Shown here one piece after another: positions 51,879 to 63,039 of a DNA stretch of 64,000 nt (position 1 is the stretch's first letter; every line of letters begins with the position of its first letter). The notes beneath the pieces are model-generated. The model saw nothing but the letters and a program-made list of their open reading frames with translations, was not told where the DNA came from and did no database searches. Both the position numbers and the translations under genes were made by a program. The stretch is taken from NCBI GenBank assembly GCA_000708835.1, contig DF237065.1:126722-190721 (forward strand), in the 5' to 3' direction. This DNA comes from Klebsormidium nitens (taxonomy: Eukaryota > Plantae > Klebsormidiophyceae).

Positions 51879-54357
51879 CTGCAAGAAGGAGGATATGGTC
51901 ACTATCTTGGATTGCAGAACTCACCTGGTGATCCCTCTATATTAGACTTCTGACGTCAATTACGTTGCCTTTACGTTGCTTGTCTGGGATCCAACTATGC
52001 TCATCCCAGGGTGTCCTGGATGAATTGCAGGCTGGTTTCTTGGCTCTCCAAACTGAACAGGCATGGCGGCAGCCAAAATTGACCAAGTTCGTGCAGTATG
52101 CTTCAGTTCAGTGAGAAGTGCATTGAGACATGCCCTTGAATTCTGGCTGCACCACGGCAATCCTGATTTGCTTTAGCATGGCAGGCTGTCACAGGTCAAA
52201 CGAACTGACACGTTGTGGGTAATTGACTCCTTGACTGTCCCTAGGCATCAAAAATCATGCGAAGGCCCGTTGCGCTTGCGCTGATAAAGAAAATGGGCCT
52301 TATACAGCCAAAGTGGATGACAAGGTTGAACAAGCCCCATACATAATAAGGAACTAGATTCAGCAAGCTGCGCATTAGGCGCACATTTAGCATGGAGCTT
52401 GAAGAACCCGTGCATGACTACTTTTCCTCCGAGGTTTGGCCAGCCAAACAACACACTGCAGCATTTATCTCCTGCCCCTCTTACCTCCTGTTGTGCCCAG
52501 CAATCCCCGCAATCCCTGACTCTGCTCCCTCCATGAACCGGGCTCTGAACGCCGTCTCTTTGCGTTCTTATCCATGTCCTCGTTCAAGTTACGTCAGAAT
52601 GTGTTCTTTTCCCATGAGACCTCCGTATCCCTTCTGATTTCAACCATGAATGAAAATCTAAAGCTTGTGCAATTTAAACTTATTGAGCGGAGTACGTGGC
52701 GCGCGCATTCGTGCCCGTCCGGGCGGCCGCGAGCAGTCTAGCAGGGTTTTAAAGCGAAACCTTCCGACGTCACGCGCCGCCGCAACCGCGTCAGGTGAAC
52801 AGAGATCCCCCGGTTCTTGCCCTCCGGGAGGTGCTCCAGTCGGGGGAACCCTTAAAAAGTTGCTTTCTGAAGCACTCCCCGCAAATCTTACCCACGTGAA
52901 GGCGTCGGTACGGACGGTAGAAATGGGTATGGTTGTCGGAAGCGCCCGTGCAGTCTGTTTGGTCCAAACGGCGGCACCCGTTGCTTCACACGGCAGGCTT
53001 GGTAAAGCGACCACTCAGAGGATGAGACAGTAACCGCGGTCGCTGCGAAGGCGACCCCGCGTTACCGCAGATGGCTTTTGATTCTCCCGAGTGAAAGCAG
53101 GTCAAACCCTGCACTGTGTAGCCGGCGCGCAATTAGGTACACATGTGGGACAGTCTCTGCTTGTTTGACCATTGTACGTGAGTCTTGGCATTTCATTGCC
53201 TTGGCGAAGACCTCGAAAAAGGTCAAAGTCGCGCCTGCTTTGGATCGTGACTTGCAATCCTTAGGCTTCAGCCTTCAACCTTCAGGCACCTTCATTGAGG
53301 TCCTGGATAAGGATCAAGAAGATTGATTTTAGCAATGTAACAGTAGAGCTTCTCCGCCCAAGCGGCAGGTTCCAGGAACTTGTGGTTGATTATGAAGGTA
53401 ACTTAGCAATGATGTGAAGCAAGGCAGAGGAAGGAGTATTGTAAAGGACGGGTCCTTGAAGTGCTTTGGGAGTAGATTGCCAGTCGAGGGAAAAGGAAGA
53501 GGAAGTCCAACGCATCACTTGCCTTCAATTCAAGGTAACCTCATCCCTGCACTACCACCTTTGTGAGCTCCAAGCTTACATAGATTAGGAGTCATCATGG
53601 GTCAGCAGTTGCACATCTTAACGGCACATTCAAACCTTGAGGCCATTTGCTTGACAACCGATCTCTTGCTGCAGGCTATATAATGCTGTATGGCCTTTTG
53701 AAAGTAAAAATGGGACCCTATTTCACATATGCTATGGCTAGCTGCAATCTTGTAAGTGACAGAATGAGGATTCCCTTGCGTCTTGGTTATGGTGCACATG
53801 AGGATGAACCTGCACAGCAGAAGTAGCATTTTTTTGTACTGTGCTCTGGTCAGAAGGTGGAATCTGCCTTGAGCTGATCATAATATTCACAAGTGATGCA
53901 TTGCAGTGCTATTCTTGTCATCTCAACGAGCAACAAGTTGTTGCACAGATTCAAGCTTCTTGTTCTTGTTGCTTCTCTGCAGGCTATCCCAAACTGCAAA
54001 GAACTAACGAACAAAATCTCAAGCAGCTCAAATGTGACCCGCTCTATCAGCTGAAAGAACACAGACTTTGTGCAGACGGTCAACTCGTCAGAACTCTCAC
54101 AAAAAGAATCTTTTGAGTAGAAGAAGAACCTTCTGAACAAGAGGGTAAGAGGAACGTAATTCCGCATCCGCTGAGTGAAGTGGATTTTGTTCACAACAAT
54201 TGCTACTGGTAGACTACCTGCCTTGACTGAAGTTGTTTGCCCAAAGGATTTTGCACTTGCTGAAGCATTCAGCTTCTTGTGAAAGAGAACACGAGCCAAG
54301 CAGATACGTGCGCATACAAGCAGACGAAATAGTAGCGGATAAGCAGACGGTGTCACG

Positions 54358-57300
54358 ATGGGGGATGCGCCGTTCACGGCGGCATTAGCTGCTGGTGCAA
54401 AGTATGCGGCCCCAGCAGAGAATGCCACGAGTGCGCCTGTGCCCCAAGCCATGTCAACCAGCACCAGTGGGAATAAGCACCTGCCAAAGGCCCCTATGCT
54501 CTATGCCTGGATCACAACTATGGCGCAGCTAGCAATGCCAGAGCCTGGCTATGGCAATGACAGCAGGTTCGATGCTAACCAGAAGCAAGGATGGGGTTTC
54601 TCTGAGGCTCCGAGTGGGGCCTCAGACTCCCCAGCCAGCATTCCAACTGTCTTCCCCGCCAACGGCACTTCGCAAGCCCCCCTCGTAATGCACACCTCCC
54701 AGCCTCCATCAGATGACCCCTACCATAATGCACGCCCTGCTCAAGCTAATGGACAGTATCCCGGCGACCCCCCCGGCTATGTCCCCTCCCCCTCTGGAGA
54801 CCCTGCTAACCTCAAGGTAGACCCCACCCCATGGAGCCCCCCCCACCCCCCACCCCCCGTCGCCATCCCGCAGCTCCCTGCTCTCATTCCGCTGAAGCTG
54901 GTCAGCCTCCTCTCCCTCGAGATTGAGTGCCACATCAGCACGGCATTTGTGACAATGGAAGCGAGCTGGCAGCTAGGGTGTGCTGCCAAGGGAACGAAGG
55001 TCGACTGCCTATTCGCACTGCCTGTGAGTCACCAGGGGACGGTGACGGCGGTAGAGATTGATATGGGGGGCGGGAGAATGTACGCCACTCTAGTTGTGCC
55101 GAAGGACGAGGCAGCAGGGTACGGCGCGCAGGGCAGCAAGGACGCGATCCCGCAGGACAGCGCAAAGTATAACCCTCAGCTATTCAGGCTTACGATTCCT
55201 CAGGTGAGCTCTCCAGCTGCAAAGAGGGATCCCCCTATTCTATACTGGTTCTAAGACTAAACAAGAAGCAAATGTGGAGCGGACCAGGTAGTATTGGTAT
55301 CTTTTGTCTTGGATTACCTTTTGACATGCTCAGCAGCTCCTCCGCTAGTTTTCTGAACATGAAGGGCAGCCATCTGAAATCCCCTTGCGCGAGCATTATG
55401 GAGTTGTCGTGGCCTTGAGAAATTCCCCTCCTTGACTGTCAAGATTGGAAGATTGAATGTTGGGAGCTTTTCCCCTAACTCCATGGTCTCTCAATTCCCT
55501 TCATTGGGACATAACGGTGAGACCTTATGACCTTATTTCACTCTCAGAATTTGCTGCCCTTCTTGAGCTCAAACTTGGAGGAAAGAGAATGTTGGGGTTG
55601 TGTCAGCACCTGCCTCATTGCTTCTAGAATGCTGTATCAGACACGAGAAAAGCATAATTCTCTGGATGGTACTTCATTTATCCAATCATGAATGTCAGCA
55701 GGCCACATTCTCTCTGCGTATGCCAGGGGGAATGCTGTCAGTCTCTGAACCCAGAGTGTCTATTCCTTCAAACCCCTTTTCTTCCTCACCTTACCTTGTC
55801 ACAATCTGGCCTGAAGAAGACACCTTACAAGCTCCTCTGCTGCTGTATCCTACTCTGACATTGTTAATGTCCTTTACCCCCTCTCAGGTGGATGCGGGGT
55901 CAACCCTCCAGCTCAAAGTCACCTGGTTCCAGCCCATGCTCTTTAACCAAGGCAAGTACGGCGTGCGGATACCTTTACAGCTCCCCCCCTGGGTTCTTCC
56001 AAGGGGATCCCCCTTGAACCAGGCCCTGAGCGTGCGCTGCCTGATCAACACTGGGAGCAACCAACCAGTCGGTCTTGGGGAGTTCAGCCACCCCATGAAG
56101 CAGACCCATGTGGCACCCGGGCAGATCGCTCTGGTCACGGACGCCTTCAAGGAGTGGCCCGACAGCGACTTTGTGGCGTCCTATCAGGTGAATATTCTGC
56201 TTTGTTGATTTGGTTGAGATTAAGAGGTTTCTTTGTATTCTGCACCATGGTATTGGGTTGCTTCTTGGTTGGCTGACTCGAAGGCTGGCTGGATAGTGGA
56301 CGGAAGATCGTCAGTGGTTACTTTGGACGTCAACCTTCGGTGTATCCTTATTTAAGATCAAGTGAGCTCATGATCGGGCCTTTTATGAGCATACTGTGGT
56401 TCCGACTTTGACGCTGATGTTCAACTATGCGATCAACATTACCTGTTTTCAGATTCACAAGTTGAGAACTGCTCAAAGGCTTTTCTTCCACAAATTGAAT
56501 GAGGACTCTTAGCTCAAGAGTGGAAGTTGCACGAAGGGTCTGAATCCGTTCCGCTGCACAGCTGTCCCCCTCAAGGACTTGCTCAATTAACCTGCTCCAT
56601 TGTACTGTTGCAAGTCCATTCAATCTGCAAGTTCTTGATGTTTGTTTCAAAGACAATCCTAGATGATACTGAAATGGATAGACAGTGTTGCTTCCATAGC
56701 TTCTTTGAAGACACACCATCTTCTTGTCGCCACTCATTGCTACCCCTGCTTGCTTAGCTCTCAACAATACAAGGGGGCAAGTTAAAACGCACTAGTCAGA
56801 ACATCTCAACCAAGAGTCACAAGCTGCTGATGGAGCAAACCAGATAGCATTGGCTTCAGAAGAGATGACATCGTGAAATTTGCACTGGATCTCAAAACAT
56901 ATGCATTTTTGTTTGCAGGTCTGGTCCCAAGAGATCCTGGCGTCCCTGATCGTCCAGTATCCCCAAAAGGAGCCCGAGAAGGGCAAGACCTTGGCCGATC
57001 CCAGGGGGACATTTTGCCTGTCTGTCTCGCCCCCCGACCCGGAGCACGTGCAGAGCTTCAATCGGGCGGTCGTCTTTCTGCTTGACAGGTCAGTCCTCAC
57101 AAACAAAGCATCCCCTTGGTATAACAGGAGACTATTGTCACTGATTTTACCCTTAGGAACAAGGAGACGATGGAAATCAAATTTGAACAGAAAGCACACG
57201 AATGGACAGCCAATGCCAGACTCATCAGCGGGTCCATGTAAGCACAAATTACTCGTACTCTGTCGCGGGACTCTTTTGGGTGTACAAGAAAGATCGTAGA

Positions 57301-60300
57301 CGAGCAACCCTTCTGGACTCTACATCAGTCACCCACATATGTCATCTGCGCAGCAAGTTCCTTCTGACGTAGTCATGAGGTGTCTTCTCGAGAATCTACT
57401 TGAAGGTTCTACAGAGAAAACGGGCACCGATTGTGGACGCCCAACAGGCTCTTATTGCCGCCACTGCACTCTTAAAAGTTCTGCAAATGCCCAAACTCTT
57501 AACCACCCACTCAAGATTCATAACCGGCCCCCTGCAGGAGTGGGAGCATGGACGGGCAACCAATGCTAGACGCTTAACAAGCAATCGTCCAGGGCTCCAC
57601 AGGCGACTTCTTTTCTGACAAGCCAGCAAGTCCTCGAGTTGTTGAATGCTCAAAGCGCATAACCACCCACTCAGGACTCATAAGTGGCCCCCCTGCAGGA
57701 GTGGGAGCATGGACGGGCAACCAATGCTCGACGCCCAACAGGCCATCATCCAGGCTGCCCCTATAGGCAACATCCAATCACAAAAGCTGACGGAATGACC
57801 ATAAGCTATCTCCTGATTCCTCCCATAACCGGCCCCCCTGCAGGAGTGGGAGCATGGACGGGCAACCAATGCTCGACGCCCAACAGGCCATCGTCCAAGG
57901 TTTGCAGCTGCTGCGCCCCGAGGATCGGTTCACCATCATCGGATTTGACCACGAACAAGTCTCCTTCTCGCCGAGCCTGCAGCCCGCGACGCTCGAGGCC
58001 GTCATGGCCGCGAGCGCGTGGGTGCAGGAAGTGTGCAAGGCGCGGGGGCTGACCGACATCCTGACGCCGCTGAACGGGGTGGGTTGTGCGGCAGTCTTAC
58101 TTATGTTGCTCTTGATTGCCGTTCGGTTGATGGCCGTCGTAGTCGTCCTGGAAAATTGATGAGAACGTTCTGTGCGAAGCCGCTAGCTTCGCGGCAAGAG
58201 CGGCATCCTGACGCCGCTGACAGGGGTGGGCGGTGATTCAAACTCGCTGTTGATTGTGTTCTTGCACTCGTTTCGCTATAGGCGGTCGTACCCGATTGGA
58301 CTTCAGAATGGTGGTAGTGGTATTTCGTAACCGTCCGTTCTGGCTCTGTGCCCATATTTCCACACCGATTTTGATAACCTTAAGAAAACCAGCCGCTAAG
58401 GAGACGCCGTTCTGGACGCAATCTCGCATTCTGGAAGAGGTTCCTTGAAATGTACCTTTGGTCCATAGATTATCGTCGCCTCTCTTTATTTTCCCTGCCT
58501 GGAGCGGTTGTCTGTGATGTCCGTGGAGCGTTTCTAATGCTGCCGAAACGTTCTATCTACGGAAGCGTAATACAGGCCACATGCCCTGAAAACTCGAGAG
58601 AGCCGCAGTCCCATTTCGCAGAAGGACTTCCAGGTCAAACTAAGCGCCGTTTCAAACTTGTCCCGTTCTTATGGAAATCACCTTCAAGGATTACAACCCT
58701 GGAATCAAAACCTCTGAAGAGCTATGGTAGCCACTGGCTCCTCTCTCTATGGAGGGGTATCCTGCCTCACATAAGCATACCGTTCCTTGCATAAAATTCG
58801 ATCCTCTTTCTCCCTCGAGGCGATGCAGCTGCTCAGCACCATTCCGGACAAGGTAAACGGCGGACCAAAAGGAAATTGTGAAGGAAGAATTCGTACCCAT
58901 GGTTGCTTCCAGGGTTTGCTTCCGGTTCCGTCCCGTCCGCTCAGGCGATGCAGCCGCTGAGCATGGTTCCGGCGCGTTCCCGTACGTGCTCCTGACGCCG
59001 GTTTGATTCGAAGATTGTATATGAGGGTTCTATGAGAGCCTGACAAACGATAGCTTCTCAAACTTTGACACTCTGCTTCGTTCCCTCAGGCGATGCAGCT
59101 GCTGAGCACGGTTTCGGACGCGGTCCCGTACGTGTTCCTGATCACGGACGGCGCTGTGGACAACGAGCGCGAGATCTGCAAGAGCATGCAGGCGCACATA
59201 GCGGCGGCGGGCTCGCGCGCTCCGCGCATCTCGACTTTCGGCATCGGGACGTTTTGCAACTACTTCTTCCTCAAGATGCTGGCGAGCATTGGGAGGGGCC
59301 TGAACGACGCTGTTTTCGATACAGGTATGATCGAAGCAATAATCAAGATCTGCTTGTGATCAGAACCGACGAGCGAGCGGATTCGAAAGTATTCTGTTTG
59401 CCGCGGGTCTCGACATTCGGCATTGAGCTGTCTTGCAACTCCTCCTTCCTCAAGTTGCTCTACGAGCATCGGAAGGGTCCTGAACGTCGCCGTTTTCAAC
59501 ACAGGTATGCGTGAAGCATCGCTTGGCTTCTTCTGGTGGTCGAATTAGATAGTTGAACGAGTCCAAAGCTGTCCCTGTTTGCACTTGTTTGCGTGTTCCA
59601 GACGCTTGCATTTTTGAGTTCCTGCTAGCCTCGACAAGGCCAGAACTACCCTGCTTCATCCAGTACGACGAGACCTTAGAGGGCTTGTACTCGCACTCAC
59701 GACTCTTGTAGAAGCCCTTTCAGACTTTCGTATAGGTATTTGCTTGTGATCAAAATCAAGGCGCCCGATGTAGCGCAAGGCTTTGCAGCTCCCTCGATCA
59801 GCAGTGCTCTTGTCCGTATCTTTGATTGTTACTGATGCGAAGGGGCAAAGGCTTTGCTAATTCCACCTTTTTCCACGGGCTAACCGAAGGATCTTCTCCT
59901 TGCTACCGCCTAGAAGGCACCCTGTGCAAAGCGCAGAACAAGCGCCTGCTGGTTGCTGCAAGCGCACACATATGCCACCCCCTGGCACCAGCCACAAAGC
60001 TTTTTCCTAGAATCCTAAATCTGCTAACATTCGCCCCACGTTTTCGGCAGACCCTCTTAAGGAGCGGATCGACGGATGCTGGTCGCCGCGAGTGCTCCAG
60101 TGCTAACCAATCTGGCATTTTCTGTTTGTTCCTCGAAACCCGCGATCAATCTTCAGAACCAAAGAGCGCCGGCGTCCGTAATCTGCAGACCTCCTGAAGC
60201 AGCAGATGGGAGAAGTGTGTTCGCTGCGAGCGCGCCCACGCTAACCAGTGCGGCGTTGCGACACTCGAGCGGAAACCGACTCGGGTTCTGAAAATTTTGA

Positions 60301-63039
60301 AACCCTGACATCCCCGCTAGCCTTTGTTTGCAGAGGAGCAGATGGAACGCATGCTGACCAATCTGGAGCTACACACCAAGGCCCTTCTATAAACCCAAAT
60401 GCTTATAACCCTTAATACAAAAGAAAAAGCCGCCTAAAACTCTGGCAATGCTTTTCTGCAGACCTCCTGAAGGAGCAGATGGAGCGCATGCTGGTCGCGG
60501 CGAGCGCCCCCGTGCTGACCAATCTGACGCTGCGCATCGAGGGCCTCCCCGAGTTCGAGGCGTACCCGGACCCCATCCCCGACCTGTTTTGCGGTAACCC
60601 GCTCGTCGTGTCGGGCAAGTTCTCGGGGGAGTTCCCGGGCGTCCTCACGCTCAACGGGACGCTGCCGACGGGACAGGTGTACCAAACAACGGTGAGTCTC
60701 CGGGTGTTCTTTTTGGCGGCAACTTCTGACCAGTTCGTGTGTCGTGACGAATACAATACCGTGCTATGTTTGTAATCTGTGACGAGGTTCCCCTCTTTTC
60801 TAGCAGGATCCGTCCCCCTGACTCTGAGTGCGGCTTCCCGCCCCTCCTGGGCGGCTGCCCAGTCCGGCTCCCGTACCCTGCTGAGCAGGGTATTGCTATA
60901 AGTTAAATGCTCCGAATTGTTCCTCTCTCCCTTCCGAACGCCAGCAGGATCGGTCCCCCAGAACTTCATCCTTGTGCAATGCCCCCTCCCTCGAGGTGGT
61001 TGCACAAACCTCCCCCCCAAATTCCGTCGAGCAGAACCGTACAAGACCGTACAAGTCTCCTCCTATTCTCCGTATCCTTTTCCGCCCCCCTGAAACTCAC
61101 TGTCGTGACACCCCCACCCCCTCTCCAGGTGGCTGCGCAGTGCGCCCCCCAGATCCTGCGGAGCAAGGTGTTCGTGCATGATATCGCAACTCTCCTATGT
61201 TTAACTTTTCCACCCCAACCACATGTCAGGAGGATCCCTCCTATAGTGTACCTTTTTCACCCCCATTAAAATGTCGGCAGAATCTACCCTCCCGGATTTT
61301 CACCCCGTCTCTCCCCCCCTTCCAGGTGGCTGCGCAGTCCGCCCCCCAGATCCCGCTAAGGAAGGTGTTCGTGATACGGCGACACTCCTATATGTCACTT
61401 TTCCACCCCCCGTAATATGCTAGCAGGATCCGCCCCCCAAAGTTTAATGCCCGTGCCCCCCCCCTCCAGGTGGCTGCGCAGTCCGCCCCCCAGATCCCGC
61501 TGAGCAAGGTGTTCGTGAACGATACATCAACCCTCCACTTTTCACCCCCCTCCAACAAGCTAGCAGGATCCGTCCCCCCAATTCTGAATCCCGTTTTCCC
61601 CCCCTCCAGGTGGCTGCGCAGTCCGCCCCCCAGATCCCGCTGAGCAAGGTGTTCGTCAAGCAGCAGCTGGACCTGCTGACGGCGCGCGCGTGGCTGGCGC
61701 GCGACGACCGCCTGAAGCAGCGCGTCGTGGACCTGAGCGTCGCGGAGGGAGTGCCCTCGGAGCACACGGCGATGGTCGGCTTCGAGACGACGCCCGAGAA
61801 GTACGACAAGCTCAAGGCGGACCGCCAAACCGTGAGCACAGATTCAGGGATTTTGAGATTTTGGGGTTTTGCAAGTTCAAGTCGAAGGACCGTATCATTA
61901 TCGCGCAGTTGCTCCTGCTCTTCTTTGTCGGTCCGTAACTTCAAGGTCGAAAAACAGTCGAGGAGCATGCGGTGGTTTGAGTACGACAAGCTCAAGGCGG
62001 ACCGCCAGAATGTGAGCACGTATAGGGTTTCCGGGGTTTCAGGTTTCTGATACGTTAGCGCTTTTGCTCCTGCTCTTCTGAATTGGTCCGTCAACTTCAG
62101 CGTAAAGATTTCTAGAGAAGCATGTGGTAAGGACGACAAGCTCAAGGCGGACCGTCAAAGCGTGAGCGGGCGCACCTTTGCTTCTGTTCCTGTCGATTGA
62201 GGGCTCTATCTGCAACCTTGATAAACCGAAAACATGGGATGCGAAGGACCCTAAATCCTTCTAATGAAAGCATAAACCAGGGAACGGTTCCTTTGCTTCT
62301 GGTTCCCCAAGTAAGCGGATGAGTCATCTTCCCGTGATATGATGACCAAAGCCGTTACATCTCAGAACAAGCAGATCAAAAGACGCCCAGCTATCCAGAT
62401 GTATGTCAGATCGCACTTGTCAGATCGCACTCGCGTCCTTTTGAAGCTTTCGGAACAAGCGCGATAACCTAGCGCGATAACCTAGGACAGCGTGATCACT
62501 ACTGAAACCTCTTTCGCAAGTGGCTGTCACGATTATGGGCGACAAGACCATTCTGAAAGGGTAAGCGCTTTTCAACTCTCAGGGCAAAATAAGCAACCGG
62601 AGCAATTGATTGCTTGTCAATCTTCGAGGCCAAAAGACCACTGAAAAACTGATTGCTTGTCGATTTGCAGGGCAAAAAAACCAACCTGAAAAAGTATGCG
62701 GTGACCAAGTACGCCGCGATCGCGGTCGTCGGCGGGCTCGCGGTCGGCTTCGGCAGCGTCGCCGCGACCATGGGCAACCTTCCGCTCGGGGACCTGGGCG
62801 GAATTGGCGGCGACTTCGGCGGAATGTGCGGCAACATCTTCTGCTGCGACTGCGGCGACCTTTGCGGCTCGTGCGGGGACTTCTTCGAGGGCATTGGCGG
62901 CTTCTGCTGCGGATTTGTTGAGGGCGCAGGGGACACGTGTTCCTCGTGCTTTGACTGCATAGGAGACGGGTGTGAAGGAATTGGGGACCTGTTCGTGTGC
63001 CTGTGTTCGTGTGTTGGAGACGTACTGAGCTCGTGCTAG
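54358..63039 (+). CDS. VIT/vWA domain protein (inter-alpha-trypsin inhibitor heavy chain-related, At1g19110-like) with Cys-rich tail
   Basis: Exons 54358-55203, 55888-56187, 56919-57088, 57844-58078, 59090-59324, 60462-60691, 61610-61831, 62671-63039. MIDAS VVFLLDRSGSM, T in GLTDIL, FLITDGAVDNER, PRISTFGIG, PDPIPDLFCGNPLVVSG, LTARAWL and GFGS. Confidence 0.93.
57500..57760 (+). repeat. Two intronic copies of the vWA exon 4 acceptor region
   Basis: cccctgcag|gagtgggagcatggacgggcaaccaatgct at 57538 and 57699, versus the real exon at 57844. Confidence 0.95.
60795..61560 (+). repeat. Five intronic copies of the vWA exon 7 acceptor region
   Basis: cag|gtggctgcgcag..-like starts near 60850, 60996, 61129, 61326 and 61470, versus the real exon at 61610. 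The intronic motif ctagcaggatccgtccccc recurs in the array. Confidence 0.93.

Noticed and set aside
53030-53065. Imperfect hairpin gtaaccgcggtcgc-tgcgaag-gcgaccccgcgttac, and GC-rich inverted words at 23640-23810
   Set aside because: Short and imperfect in GC-rich promoter-like DNA, so expected by chance. No ncRNA signature.
61100-61660. CRISPR-like look (repeats with variable spacers)
   Set aside because: The repeats are copies of the adjacent exon junction in a eukaryotic gene. There are no cas genes and spacer lengths are irregular.
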